A stretch of DNA of 64,000 bases from Eledone cirrhosa (GCA_964016885.1 OZ024741.1:219604001-219668000), one strand, 5' to 3'; positions 39,372-54,160 are shown, numbered from the stretch's first letter. Numbers and translations are program-made. Notes: a model not told the origin generated them from the letters alone.

Positions 39372-39682
39372 ATATAATATAAAACGAAAAATCAGTGATG
39401 TATCTGAACTCAATTTATTGTGTGTTACAATTGTTTCGCCGTGGAAGAATAAGCTCCGAAATCAGTAGACGTATCCGCCGAACCTGCGGGTCCAGAATCA
39501 GACAGATCCACACAATGATCGCATCTCGAGCTGTCCGCCGGCGAAACAATTGTAACACACAATAAATTGAGTTCAGATGCATCACTGATTTTTCGTTTTA
39601 TATTATATCATACTCTGCTCTGTAAGAGCATAGAGTGCTCAACCGGCATACCGCCTATGGAAGCATCTTAGCTACCATCCGA
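39372..39682. mobile_element. Short fold-back of the 51637-52897 pseudo-LTR family
   Basis: About 70-bp inverted arms containing GAAACAATTGTAACAC, with the same 3' extension as 52826-52897. Confidence 0.8.
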
Positions 39683-40050
39683 CACACACACATATATATA
39701 TATAACCTAGCAGTCCTTTTCTCACTTACACTCTCTGGGGTTAGACGTGTCTTTTCGCTCGCCCACACGCTCTTGAATTAAGTTCTCTTATCGCTGTGGT
39801 CTTGAATTTTCTTACCTTAAGTTGACCGCTCATTGCTCGGTTTGTTGCTTTTTTTCGGTGTTTTCTCTTTTCTTGCCCTTTTCCTTCCCTCCCTCTTCCG
39901 TTTCCCCAATATCTTACCCAGTTATTGAACGCTCTGGCCGGTAGATATCTTGTCTTTAAAGCGTGGAAATAACTGAAACCCCCAGTAGACAACTGATGAG
40001 GAAAACTCCCCCACCCCCGTCCTTGCTTTATTCTTATTCTCACGCCATTT

Positions 40051-40180
<130 letters not shown>

Positions 40181-40383
40181 TGTGTGTGTGTGTGTTTAAA
40201 ATAATTCGCTGCTATATATATTTCAGTGACAGCGAATTAGAATAAACGAAACCAACTTTAACATGTTTGACTTACACATTTTATTTTACATTACTCCGGA
40301 GTAAACAAACCACCCTCCGTACTTCGTCGAGTCCTCCACCCTGCATACTGATGTGTCGGTAAACAACCAACACATACTCAAAA

Positions 40384-40438
<55 letters not shown>

Positions 40439-40879
40439 ATATATATATATATATACACAGAGATATCCACGGTAAGTTGTGGGGTCTATTCTGCATGAAG
40501 AACTCAATGTAATCCATATGTTGAAAGTGTTGTAGGTTAAGATAAATCCCGGAAAACAATAAAACATTAAAAGGAAAACAGAGTCATGATATAAGTTAAA
40601 ACAATGAAATAAAAAATAAAGTCATTAGAGATATACTTCACTGCTCTACGATCGTTTCTAGATGCTGATAATACATTGTAGCTATACCTCGTTATTGATC
40701 TATGTAAGGTTAGTTACAAAATATCAGATAAAGAGAATATTTACTTACATGCATATCACCAGCTGTTTTCAACAGCTGGTGATATGCATGTAAGTAAAAC
40801 TCACATCCTACATCATATATATATATAATGTAGGAGGTGAGTTTTATTGTAGCACAATAAAGCAATGCAAATATCGGGT

Positions 40880-41105
40880 AAATACCAATCTAAATCAGGA
40901 AACTTTAGCACCTATCTTAAATAACTTCTCCAATTCAATTCCTTCTATAAATAATACTGGGTCACTTGTTAATAACTCTGGTAATTTCTCTAATCGTAAT
41001 TGCAATTGCCCTGTTAGAACTAAATGTCCTCTTAGTAACCAATGTCTTGATAAAAATTTAGTGTATGAATGTAAGGTTATAACTGGTACTAATTATTTTA
41101 CCTAT
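40880..41105 (+). mobile_element. PLE linker/GIY-YIG fragment
   Basis: CNCPVRTKCPLSNQCLDKNLVYECKV, homologous to CSCRKPDECPLQGKCNTKSVVYEAKI in the 61361-63240 ORF. Confidence 0.7.
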
Positions 41106-41444
41106 AATATGAGAATTTTTATATTTTTACATTTTATACGTATATATAAATACATAAACATGTTATTTACAGTTGTATAAAAAAGAAGTATAATTGTTTC
41201 TACTTTTAGCACAAGGCCAGCAATTATCTCAGTACATTACTGGTACTTTATTATATATAATATATATAATACGACATTCTTCTTTCTTTCTTACTCTGTC
41301 TTTTTAGATAGATACATAGCTATAACGTCGCACGCTTATAATATCTCTCTGTCTAGCTGCCTGTCTGCATTGACTTCGCTTCTAATCAACGTTTAATTAA
41401 TTATATATATATATATATATATGTATAATTATATAATCGTCTAC

Positions 41445-41975
41445 ATATTTTCAACAGTAATACTCTACTATATATTTTCAACAATAATACTGTACTATAT
41501 ATTTTCAACAGTAATACTATACTTTATATTTTCAACAGTGATACTATACTATATTATACTATATATTTTCGACAGTGATACGATACTATACTATATATTT
41601 TCAACAGTAATACTATACTAAATATTTTTAACAGTAATACTGTACTATATATTTTCAACAGTAATACTATACCATATATTTTCAACAGTAATACTATACT
41701 ATGTGTTTTCAACAGTAATACTGTACTATATATTTGCAACAGTAATGTACTATACTATATATTTTCAACAGTAATACTGTACTATATATTTTCAACATTA
41801 ATACTATACTATATATTTTCAACAGTAATACTATACTATATATTTTAAACAGTAATGCTGTACTATATATTTTCAACGGTAATACTATACTATACTATAT
41901 ATGTTCACCAGTAATACTATACTATATATTTTCAACAGTAATACTATACTATATATTTTCAACAGTAATACTATA
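41445..41975. repeat. ~27-bp minisatellite
   Basis: About 19 units of ATATTTTCAACAGTAATACTATACTAT. Confidence 0.9.
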
Positions 41976-42136
41976 CAACACAGACGGCTTATCGTCTGTT
42001 TATCCAAGCGAATCTAGGTACGTCAACTATATATATATATCTGGATGCCGTAGAACACGTCAATGGTAGCCGGGCGCCAGCTGAACGGGCCAGATAGTAT
42101 ATCTATATATTATACATGCATACAAAAATATATATA

Positions 42137-42198
<62 letters not shown>

Positions 42199-42343
42199 CA
42201 TACACACACGCACATAGCCACTAATATGCATACATACGTATATACATATATACACATACATACACACATATACACACATATACATACATATATTCAAACA
42301 TATGATTATATATATATATATATATACACACATATTTATACAA

Positions 42344-42401
<58 letters not shown>

Positions 42402-42405
<4 letters not shown>

Positions 42406-42691
42406 GATATTAACAAATGGAAACTATATTTATAAAACCATATCTATTTTATTATACATATTTCAAGGATACCATGTTAAATTATGGTATGCTTTCATCA
42501 GACAAAATACAATATATACCAGTTTTATAAATAAATATTGACATTCCCTTACAAAATGCAACCATTACTTTTGGAATATATTGTATTTTGTCTGATGAAA
42601 GCATACCATAATTTAACATGGCATCCTTGAAATATGTATAATAAAATAGATATGGTTTTATAAATATAGTTTCCATTTGTTAATATCGTAT
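42402..42691. mobile_element. Fold-back with ~115-bp arms containing a hammerhead-like motif
   Basis: Arms at 42402-42516 and 42577-42691. CTGATGA at 42592, GAAA at 42629. (TA)n flanks. Confidence 0.75.
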
Positions 42692-42775
42692 GTTTACTCC
42701 AAATACTTGTCGAGTGCTTTATATCAGTTATAAAAATATTTGCTTGTTGTATCCCAACAATATAAATAGAACTTT

Positions 42776-42854
<79 letters not shown>

Positions 42855-43249
42855 CTCATATATCCATCTTATTTTATTTTTCATATGTTGATTTAACACT
42901 TCACTGCCACGAGACCACCCGTGACACGTTTACTTCAAAATATTTTCAAAAATCATATTCACTTGAAAATCATTTTTAAATAATTAAAATATACAGACAT
43001 GTATATAATGTGAAATGTAACTGGAAAGCCCATATATACATATGTGTGTATGTACATATATAAATATGTGTTTGTATACGTATATATATATATGTATGTG
43101 TGTGTGTATATATATGTGTGTGGGTGTCTGTGATCTATATATACTGGTCATACACACACACACACACACAGATACACACGCATATATATATACACACACA
43201 CACATATATATATATATGTGGAAGAGAGAGAGCTGGTGGTGTTGTTGTG

Positions 43250-43305
<56 letters not shown>

Positions 43306-43673
43306 ACAACACTACCAGCTCTCTCTCTCTCTCTTCCATTTCCCTTCTCTGTCTCCTCTCCCTCTCTCTATGTTTCTCTTTCAATGTACTCTCTCACAAC
43401 CACTATATCTTCGTATCTATCCTTCTCTCTCTCTGTTTATGAAGGTATCCAGAAAACCCCATATCTCGGGAACTCATGCTCCGATTTACTCGAAAATTGA
43501 TTTATTCCATTTGTATTCCCATTTCAGGGGCAACTTCCTTTCAAGGTATTTTCCCATTATGCGCCCTTTTGGCTGTATTACATTACAGACCAGCAAGCAA
43601 GCAATCACAGAGTTTTAGTAGTATATAGATATCCACACGCACATACACACACATATACACACACAAACCCACA

Positions 43674-43798
<125 letters not shown>

Positions 43799-43832
43799 TG
43801 ATTGAATTTTACTTGTTCTGCTTATCTTAATA

Positions 43833-43880
<48 letters not shown>

Positions 43881-44078
43881 AACAAGTAAGACCCCGACGG
43901 CTGAGCTCAAGCAGTTTCGACGGCTAATTCTGTACAGAACTGTACAGAATTAGCCGTCGAAACGGCTTGAGCTCAGCCGTCGGGGTCTTACTTGTTCCTA
44001 TTACCCACTCTACTACCCTAAGTATTGAGTACTTTGGTGCGTTATGGTCCACCTGGTTCCTTACCACATTTCCTTCGT

Positions 44079-44116
<38 letters not shown>

Positions 44117-44603
44117 CACACACTCATACAAATACATTTATACAGGTAAAGAAGGTAAGTAGGTAAAGAATATTTACATAACCTCAATACTGTTAGGCGG
44201 GATCGAAAGAGCGCGTAGTTTGAGGGTGGGGTGGAGAGGGAGGGGATATTATGTCGAGTGAGGTGTTTTGAAATGTATGCATATGTATGTATGTGTATGT
44301 ATATGTATGTATGTGTGTGTGTGTATATATATGTGTGTGTGTGTGTGTGTATTTGTGTATATGTGTGTGTAGCTTTATGTATGGATGTTTGTATATGCAT
44401 GTGTGTATCCATTTGTTTACATCCATATGTGTTTATATTGAGAGGAAGGAGCCATATATTAGTCTATTGTGTATATATACCAAATCCATATTCTATAGAA
44501 GAACGTGTATATATATATATGTGTATATATGTATAAACATATTTATGTGTATGAGTGGGTATGGGCGTGTGTATGTATATATATGTATATGTGTATTTGT
44601 GTG

Positions 44604-44635
<32 letters not shown>

Positions 44636-44636
<1 letters not shown>

Positions 44637-45515
44637 GAGTTAAACTGCTATTACTTCCAAATATAAGAAAGGTAACCCTATGGCCTACCACGACATTATT
44701 ACAGAAGCCAAAGAACTTGCCGTCGCCCTTAAGGTAGATAAGAAGCTACAATCTCTAGCTAAGTGGGAGGCGTTCCTCACCCTGAAAGATCACAAGGTAG
44801 ACTTTACTTCTAACCCCACATGTAGACTAATAAACCCGGCACGCACAGATATGGGACTAGTCAGTAAGGCCATACTTAGAAACATAGTTAAGACCATTAG
44901 GACCAAGTCCAACCTGCCCCAGTGGGAGAACAGCGACTCCGTAATTAAGTGGATTAACTCCTTCAAATCCCAAAAGGCGAATTTCACACAGTTAGACATT
45001 GTCGATTTTTACCCGTCGATCTCAGAGACCCTGTTAAATAAAGCGTTGGACTTTGCTACCACCATCCATGGTTTAGACAGGGAAATCATCGCTCACTGCC
45101 GGAAAACCCTCCTCTTCAACAACGGAGTAGCCTGGACAAAGAAGTCTACAACTTCAGACCTGTTCGACGTCTCCATGGGATCGTTTGACAGTGCTGACGT
45201 ATGCGACTAGGTTGGCCTATTTATTTTAGACATATTACGTGTTAGATACCCGGACTTCCACACGGGAATATACTGCGACGATGGACTGACTTTATCGAGC
45301 CATAAAAGTGGTCACGACCTCGACCGGTTTAAAAAAGACTTAGCTTCTACCTTCAATGAGTTAGGACTTAGGATAACAGTAGCTATCAACCTCTCTAGCG
45401 TATATTTCTTAGACATTAATTTAGACCTTCGCACACACATCTACAGATCCTTCCATAGGCTTAACGAAAAACTCAATTACATTCACAAGGACTCATGCCA
45501 CCCTCCCACTGTTTT
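44636..45515 (+). mobile_element. PLE reverse-transcriptase fragment
   Basis: FLTLKDHK...CRLINPA...QLDIVDFYPSI...MGSFDSADVCD, stop, then YCDDG. Homologous to 61361-63240. Confidence 0.9.
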
Positions 45516-46258
45516 AGAAACGCAGGTTCTTCAGGGCGAGTTGTTGCGTCCTGGAGAGGTTTGGGGCTATCTTCTTCTGTTTCCGTAAGATGTTAAATAC
45601 GGAATGTTTTAGCCTCGAGAGTTTTTCTTCCAGCTCGCAGTTGGCAGGCAGTGGACAGAGTGGGCGGTCCAGTAGGTATATCGGGAATCTGGATGTGTTA
45701 GATTCCGTGGTGTTGTTGCCGAGGGTCGATATCCATTTTAGTTGGTAGGTGGCTCGACAGAAATTCGTTTCTATGTCGAGCCAAAATTTGTCGTCCAGTC
45801 TCTGTTTCAATATGAACTTGGGACCCAGTTTAGGTAAAAGACTAATTTTAAGACTAAATTTAAGGTAAAAGACTAATTGTCAGCAATATCTTTTGCATTT
45901 GTATTTATATTCTATATCCATACCTGCATTGTTCTGGCCTTCTAACTCCAAACGTTTCAGATCAGCCCTCCCAGTCAGCGCTAAGTTCGGATACATAGGG
46001 AATGAACCAATGGGATCCAGCCTATCGGGCCTGCTGGCTATCACTTATATGAACCAGCTGGAATGCCGAGCCCTCAACACCCAATTTTTAACATGATAGA
46101 GCCCCTAGCCCCACACTTACACCTCCACGTACCGTCTCACACATACACGCACGCTTACACCTTCACTTATTCTCTCACACACATACACACACATAGACCA
46201 GTTTTAACATGATAGAGCATCTAGCCCACACATTTACATATAAACATATCCTCTCACA

Positions 46259-46324
<66 letters not shown>

Positions 46325-46655
46325 CTTACATCTTCACATATTCTCCAACAAACACTTAGACATACATATCCAAACCCTTTTAAAGCGAGACAACCCTTTA
46401 TCCACCTAACTTTCACTCTTTGACATTAGAAATAGAAAGGAATGTCTATACTATTTCCTGTCAGCATGATTGGCAACCTAATTAGAACTGGATTAACCCC
46501 TTTACTTCCCTCCGAAGAAGAGATATTATCTCGAAAATTAAGGATATTCAAATAAATTTAAGGCAAAAGACTAATTGTCAGCAATATCTTTTGTATTTGT
46601 ATTTATATTCTATATCCATACCTGCATTGTTCTGGCCTTCTAGCTCCAAACGTTT
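45515..46655. mobile_element. Rearranged PLE of a different family with direct pseudo-LTR repeats
   Basis: Minus-strand N-terminal piece (KLGPKF...NLSRTQQLALKNLR) and plus-strand RT motif PMGSSLSGLLA. ~100-bp direct repeats at 45855-45957 and 46552-46655. Hammerhead motif at 46509-46543. Confidence 0.7.
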
Positions 46656-46702
46656 ATATATATATCTATATATATATATATCTATATATCTATATATATA
46701 TA

Positions 46703-46739
<37 letters not shown>

Positions 46740-46740
<1 letters not shown>

Positions 46741-48060
46741 TATACTTAACTGAAGGACATAAATTCACGTTTAAAGATGGCCAAACTTTCACAGTGAAAA
46801 ACAACTTCACTTGCAACTCGGAGAACCTGATCTATGTAATCACATGCGGTGGCTGTCGACATAACTTTATAGGACAGACGTGTGTGTCATTACACAAAAG
46901 AATGACCATCCATCGCCAACAAATCCGAGATGTAAACACAAGGAAAATCCTCCGTAAGTAGCCACATTGAAGATTGTGCAGGAATGACTCTACCCAACTT
47001 TAAAATCTACCCCCTTTACAAGTGGTCTGATTCTTTCACTCAACAACAAAGAATAAATAAGGAAAAACTATTTATTAACAAATTTAAACCAAAACTAAAT
47101 AGGTAATCACCCCTATTAGACCCCCCCCCCCCCCGCCACCAACACCACACACACACACCACAAAATAAGAGAGGAAAAATTACTCATTTCAGAAGTTCCT
47201 GCTTAAGAACCACTACTGATACTCTGCTCTGTTTTGTTTTGTTTTTTTTAAAGTTTTTAAATTTTGAATTTTTAAGGAATTTTTAAGTTTTAGGAATTTT
47301 TTGAATTTTGAAGAAATTTTTTTTTAATTTCCCACCACAAAGGGACCTGTGACAGACAGGCTTAGAAAATCCCCCCCCCACACACACACGTGTGTGTATT
47401 GTTATATATACACCCTCACACTATACACACACTCCTTAAAACCATATTCCAATCGAATTTCTTTTACAACCCTACTGCTGCCATAGAATTTGCCTCTAGC
47501 TTACAATTCCCCACCCCCATTTGAATTCTTAACACAATCAGATATACATACAGGATGTCCCCCCCCCCCCCCAAAAAAAAACAACAACTTTTTTCTGTGA
47601 AGAAACACAACCACCAACATAGCTGCTACTATCTTCCCTACCACCTCTCTCTATTAACAACTCATTTTCCAGCCAAATTTTGAGCAAGAAAGATGAGAAA
47701 AAAATTTTTCCAACACTTAATTTTAATTTTAAATCTTTAGTTTTTAGTTTTTAATTCCTATTAATTCTTTTTAATTGCAATACTCAACATTTGATAGGAT
47801 GAATTTTAATAATTGTTTCTACTTTTGGCACAAGGCCAGCAATTACCCATTACTGGTACTTTATTTTATCGACCCCGTAAGGATGAAAGGCAAAGTTAAC
47901 CTCGGCGGGATTTGAGGTTAACTTTGCCTTTCATCCTTACGGGATGAATTTTAATAATACATCGAAACCGGTAATACTTTATATACATTCTAAAACTTTT
48001 TTCAAAAGAATTGTCCCTCTCATTTTTTCAATAATGTCACTTTGACGAATCAAAGAAAGG
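46740..48060 (+). mobile_element. PLE 3' end (GIY-YIG endonuclease, Neptune-like) and 3' region
   Basis: FTCNSENLIYVITCGGCRHNFIGQT...RMTIHRQQI...RINKEKLFINKFKPKLNR*. Absent from the ORF track. Confidence 0.8.
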
Positions 48061-48485
48061 ATATAAAAAAGAAAAACAGACCCTAAAATATATCTTCCGT
48101 GATATTTCCAGCTTCACCTTTTCTCTATATCCACTGTTTTGTATAGAACCTTACTTCCCTCTCTCTTCTTGCATACATCTCACTCAGGTCGGACGTCTAT
48201 ACTTTTCACTCATGAAATCCACCCAGATTATGCTGACCAAGACTACCATGTTGCTTGTTTATTTCCTTTCTTTGGTTTGTTTTTATCCTTCTATGTTGTT
48301 CACTTGTCCCCCTCGCTTTACGCGATTACTGGTCCCAATAACTTTTTTTAGATTATTGCTCGCACCAACCTGAGGTATCTGATTTTTAATGCGATGAAAT
48401 ACCAATGATGGTTGGAAAATCACTGACAAAGGACTATTTTTATCATATGTAACCCATGTGCAAACCACGCAGTATTCTTCTTTCT

Positions 48486-48555
<70 letters not shown>

Positions 48556-48618
48556 TGGGTCCGTCAACCCTTATTATTATTATCTGCCAACGAGCGGAAT
48601 ATTGAGAGTAAGTTAAAC

Positions 48619-50845
48619 TGTAGTGACCTACATTCCGCGGGCTCACATAGATTCTCTGTGCGTGATTTGGCTCAGCTCAGCCAATCAACGCCAGTAGAAG
48701 AGGATGTATCCATACGCGCCCTGGGGGAGAAATTCCCCGCGAAGATTTGAAGAATCTTCCTCTCGCACCAGGAACTTCGAACCAGCAACACGTACATGTG
48801 ACGGTGAGATTTTGCACCTTGGCCTGCCGGCTTTCCGGCGCAATGGCACATTCCCTTTTGTAACCTATTTGTGCTACAACAAAATAAACATACATTTCAT
48901 CTCTGATTTCTGCTGTTGACATCATTATTGTGTTACTCGTGTCTCAATAACATTTATACACCGATGCTGCTAAATTGGTGACCTGACGTGAGGAATATTG
49001 TAAATACAAAATATTCCTTTTAAAATTTTTAAAAAATTAACAGTATTTCAAAAACTTTTCGCCACGAGGAAATTTCAAAATGGCTACCAACAAGTCCTGT
49101 CTACAATCAACAACAACAATAGCAGCAGCAGCAGCGACAACATTGTTTAACCACTAACCAACAACAGGGAATAGTGATATGGCAGCTTCCATAGCCTTAC
49201 CGACGCAACCACCACACATCATATTGTTTACTTCTATGCTTTCACATGTATTTTCAAAATTATAGCCCGGAGACATTTTTTTTTCTTTCGATACGGCTTC
49301 CTGCAATACAAACAAGCAACACAACCTTATGTCACACAAGGTGGAAGGACGGTAAAATGGCCATGAACACTCTCAAAAACAATATACATCTAACCCCTAG
49401 TGGCATTAACAAACTTCTTTTTCAGTTTTCAGATAGAACTAGTGTCAGAAAGTCTGTACACTGGTGATATGTGAACTATTTGACTTTGAAAAACTTTGAA
49501 CTTATCATTGAGCATTAATTTCGCTGCTCCCTTATATTGACTTTGAATTATTAGTTTGTTACATTCACATATTTCTTTGTAAAATGCATTTACTTGTTTT
49601 GTGCTCTTTTGCTATTTGCTTGCTCATGGTTTTTATTCATTCACATTCTTGGCTGTTTTACATGCCTGCATATGCACACATTTCTTTGTCACCTACCAAC
49701 ATGTTGTTCTTAGTATATGTTCTTCAAACGTAATATTCTGCGAGATCCCTTTTCACCTGGTTGAGGTGCCGTCACATGCTAGCGACTCATAGAGCTTAAT
49801 TCACATGGATTCGAACAGGCACCGCAACACGAGAATGCTAATTGCAGCTGAACTCAAACAGTTTCGCATCTCGTTGCACACTCATCGTCCATAACAACCT
49901 CCATCTTGTTACCTTACCCGACTCACTGGGAAAACAACAAATAGAACTGGACTTGTCAGCATTTCCACCACTTCTGTGGATTCGCCCGAATTATGAAATT
50001 TACACTGCAACCCACCTCCAGATTCAACTTGCTTTTCTTCTTTTCAAAGCAACCAGCCATTTTTTTCCTGGCTCCCTAGCACATTCGGCAATACATCTGG
50101 GAGGCCAACATTTTCTCGCCTACCCATCATCTTCTTGCCAGCACTGGTAAACTACCATAATAGCTTCATCCACAGCTACTGGTACAACACTTACCATTAA
50201 CATTTAATGCAAGAACGGCAACTTCGCCCATGTCAGACTTTATCCGTTTTCTGTTAGACCTTTGGTGGTCACGTATAAACTACAAAACAGCTAGTCATTT
50301 GACACAGCGGTTCAACACGGCCCTTAGCGCCTCATTTTTTTTCTTGCATGCATCCTTCTGCTCAATTAATTTTTCACTGATGTGCTCTTTCAGTATTTGT
50401 TCTTGCTGATTCAATAAACTGTATCGACTTCCGTCTAGAAGGGGAGTATTGTAGTGACCTACATTCCGCGGGCTCACATACATTCTCTGTGCGTGATTTG
50501 GCTCAGCTCAACCAATCAACGCCAGTAGAAGAGGATGTATCCATACGCGCCCTGGGGGAGAAATTCCCCGCGAAGATTTGAAGAATCTTCCTCTCGCACC
50601 AGGAACTTCGAACCAGCAACACGTACATGTGACGGTGAGATTTTGCACCTTGGCCTGCCGGCTTTCCGGCGCAATGGCACATTCCCTTTTGTAACCTCAT
50701 TTTATGTGTAACTTCAACCATACAAGTTAACCAACATTATTTGTGCTACAACAAAATAAACATACATTTTATCTCTAATTTCTGCTGTTGACATCATTAT
50801 TGTGTTACTCGTGTCTCAATAACATTTATAATCCATGCTGCTAAA
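48619..50845 (+). mobile_element. Internally deleted LTR retrotransposon (Gypsy-like, non-autonomous)
   Basis: Near-identical LTRs at 48619-48974 and 50450-50845 starting TGTAG. PBS-like TGGTGACC after the 5' LTR, polypurine AGAAGGGGAG before the 3' LTR, ~1.5-kb decayed interior. Confidence 0.85.
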
Positions 50846-51359
50846 AATCAATTTTTCACTTTTTATTGTGTTTTTGTTTTGATATGCACTCTTTTTCCCG
50901 CTACTAATTTTGTCTCTCACTCTTTTAAGTTGTGAATTAGACTGGTTATGTACGCACGTGGCTGACACATTTCAGCTCGCTACTATATTGGTATATAATG
51001 GATGATCGCATTTAAAGTCCGTTAAAGGTTCTTGGCACTACCATTGTTACCATCGCTTTCCTCTAGCCATGGGGCTTGGAGACATGAACCGAATGCTACC
51101 ATTCTATTTTATATCAATGTGAACTGCTATTTCTAATAGCCATCTTTTCACCCCTTGATAATTTGTGACAGGAACTAATAGATTGATCCTTTTTTGTTTC
51201 CGTCCCCACGTAAAATTTGTAAATCAGTGGCTAGTTGAGAGATAGAGTCCTATCGGTTGCCAGTTAATCGCTTTACCATGTCGGTTGTCACAAACAGTCA
51301 TGACCGGCGCGGGCCGGTGTTTGGATTATGTTGATCGATTGGTTATTGATTAGGCGATA

Positions 51360-51469
51360 CTCGCTGATGAAGCCGCATAAGCCGATTGTGTAATTGTTGC
51401 ATAATATATGGAGACAGGTGGTGCAGTGCACCTTACTGCTGATTAGTGCTGCAGAAACTCGAGTCCGGG
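51360..51469 (+). ncRNA. Type-I hammerhead motif with ~83-nt stem II
   Basis: CTCG-CTGATGA-...-GAAA-CTCGA-GTC-CGGG. Palindromic stem III (ACTCGAGT) and a GUC site. Confidence 0.6.
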
Positions 51470-51636
51470 AACCTTATAGGCACCCGATTTACGTGTGTTG
51501 TGTTGAGGCAAATAACTATGTGTATACTCTGGTAATGTATCTTACATTGCCCATTGAGTACGCTGAGATACAACCGTTACTGGCATTGATAAATATGCTG
51601 GGTCCGTCAACCCTTATTATATACATACATATATAC

Positions 51637-52896
51637 ATATAATATAAAACGAAAAATCAGTGATGCATCTGGACTCAGTTTATTGTGTGTTACACTTGTT
51701 TCGCCGGCAGAGAGCTCAAGACAGGATCATTGTATGGATCTGTCTGATTCTAGATCTGCAAGTTCTTCGGACACATGCAATACTTTCGGAACAAACTTTC
51801 TCACTGGAGTGTTAGCTTCAAAACACATCTTCCTCTCTTGTCTTGCTATTGGCTGTTGTTTTTCTACGTCATCATAAATTCTGGTCAATATTTGCTGCCA
51901 TACTGGCCATCAGCTACTCTCCGTCCGACACACTTCAGTGGACTCATGGAGGTAATTGGGCGCGTATTTGTTGGAATGTATATGAGCCAGTGCGCGCGCG
52001 CGCGTGTGCGTGTGTGTGTATGTGTGTGTATGTGCACCTACATACGGTAGGGATTGTTTGTGAGTATGTTTATGTGCATGTACATATACATATATGTAGA
52101 TATATATATATATGTATATGTGTGTATGTGTGTATCTGTCTTTGGGAGCGTGTCTGTCTTTGTGCCTCTCTATAAGGACAGGCGTGTGTGTGTCTATGTA
52201 TATGAGCAAATGTACGCGTACGCAGGTATGTGTCCTTGCATGCGTGTACGTGTGTGTGTGTGCGCGCGTGTGCGTGCGTGTGAGAGCGGATGTACGAGGG
52301 CATATAGGCAGGCGCCTGTGGACGTGTATGTTGGTATGTATAAGGTCGTGGGCGTGTTGCGGTGTGTGTGAGAGAGTGAGTGTGTGTGTATATGTATATA
52401 TGTGTGTGTACATATGTGTATGCGTATATATGTATGTGTGCGCGTGTGTGTGTATGTGTATATATGTGTGTGTGTATGTGTGTGTGAGCGGACTTGTGAA
52501 ATACCAAACCCAGCATGAGTCCACTGAAGTGTGTCGGACGGAGAGTAGCTGATGGCCAGTATGGCAGCAAATATTGACCAGAATTTATGATGACGTAGAA
52601 AAACAACAGCCAATCGCAAGACAAGAGAGGAAGATGTTTTTTGAAGCTAACACTCCAGTGAGAAAGTTTGTTCCGAAAGTATTGCATGTGTCCGAAGAAC
52701 TTGCAGATCTAGAATCAGACAGATCCATACAATGATCATGTCTCGAGCTCTCTGCCGGCGAAACAATTGTAACACACAATAAACTGAGTCCAGATGCATC
52801 ACTGATTTTTCGTTTTATATTATATCACACTCTGCTCTGTAAGAACATAGAGTGCTCAACTGGCATACCGCCTATGGAAGCATCATAGCTACCATT

Positions 52897-52897
<1 letters not shown>
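51637..52897. mobile_element. PLE pseudo-LTR fold-back with ~310-bp arms
   Basis: Arms at 51637-51948 and 52514-52825 around a (TG)-rich spacer. Hammerhead motif at 52687-52776. Confidence 0.85.
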
Positions 52898-52991
<94 letters not shown>

Positions 52992-53125
52992 ACGAAGGAA
53001 ATGTGGTAAGGAACCAAGTGGACCATAACGCACCAAAGTACTCAATACTTAGGGTAGTAGAGTGGGTAATAGGAACGAGTAGGACCCCGACGGCTGAGCT
53101 CAGCCGTCGGGGTCCTACTCGTTCC

Positions 53126-53156
<31 letters not shown>

Positions 53157-53357
53157 TATAGCGTGTATATAGTGTATATATAGAGTAAATAGTGTGTATT
53201 TAGTGTATATATAGTGTGTATATAGTCTATACAGTGTATATATAGTATATGTAGTTTATATGTAATGTATATATAGTGTATATAGTGTATATATATTGTG
53301 GTAGTGGTGGTGGCAGTGATGATCATGATGATGCATATATATAAAACTGGAGCTTAC

Positions 53358-53410
53358 CTCTTTTATCTTGTTCATTTCGATGCCACTTTCTACACTCTTA
53401 TATAGGTTGA
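53358..53410 (-). CDS. Prominin-like protein, coding exon 2
   Basis: Polypyrimidine tract plus TAG acceptor, (V)NLYKSVESGIEMNKIKE, GTAAG donor. 53 nt, phase 1 to 0, matching the flanking exons. Confidence 0.75.
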
Positions 53411-53464
53411 CTAAAAAAAAATAGACATTAAAATGAAAATATTTCATTAGATAATAAAGCACAA

Positions 53465-53965
53465 CATACCGTTTTTTTTAAAATATAGACCCCCCCCCCG
53501 CCTTATTTTACCCTCAAAATAACTGTGCATCTTATAAGATCTTATAAGGCAAAGGTCAGATTTGGGGTAATTACCATATGTAAAAATATTATGATTGAAA
53601 AGTAGGAAATATTTAGACTTTCGGTTACATTTTCGAAAGTATACCTTGTTTGGGACCAATTTCGTGCACATACTGCTGAGAATACCGCAAGGAGGGTAAA
53701 GAACTTCAACACTGAAATAGCTCTCATACCTGGTGGACTGACTTCTCAATTACAACCCCTTGATGCTTCATTAAACAAGCCTTTTAAGGTACACATGAGA
53801 GAGAAATGGGATAATTGGATGAGGGACCGGCAACATGAACTGACACAGACAGGTCGTATGAAGAGGCCTATATTTTCCCAGGTAAACCAGTGGGGGGAAA
53901 GTGGTGGGGTGCTCTGAAAACTGAGAATTATGAAAGCTTTCAAAAAATGTGGCATCAGCAACTCC
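53465..53965 (+). mobile_element. pogo/Tigger transposon relic
   Basis: IPGGLTSQLQPLDASLNKPFKVHMREKW...TQTGRMKRP at 53725-53870 (DDE_1 QPLD motif). Confidence 0.75.
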
Positions 53966-53971
53966 CTAGTT

Positions 53972-54160
53972 CAGGCATGTCAAACATGCGGCCCTTTACA
54001 AGCACACCTGCGGCCCGCACAAAGGTTTTTACAGCGTGAGCATAATATAAAATAAAAAAATATTAGTTGTAATGTGTGCAATTAGTTGTCATGTGTGGCC
54101 CTCAGACAACTCATCTGTGACCCATGTGGCCCTCAAGGGACCCTCAATTTGACATGCCTG
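53972..54160. mobile_element. hAT/Charlie-like MITE
   Basis: 13-bp TIRs CAGGCATGTCAAA / TTTGACATGCCTG and internal GGCCC motifs. No 8-bp TSD visible. Confidence 0.75.

Noticed and set aside
39975-40012. Permuted hammerhead (GAAAC...GTA...CTGATGA)
   Set aside because: There is no room for stem I between GTA and CTGATGA and no convincing stem II.
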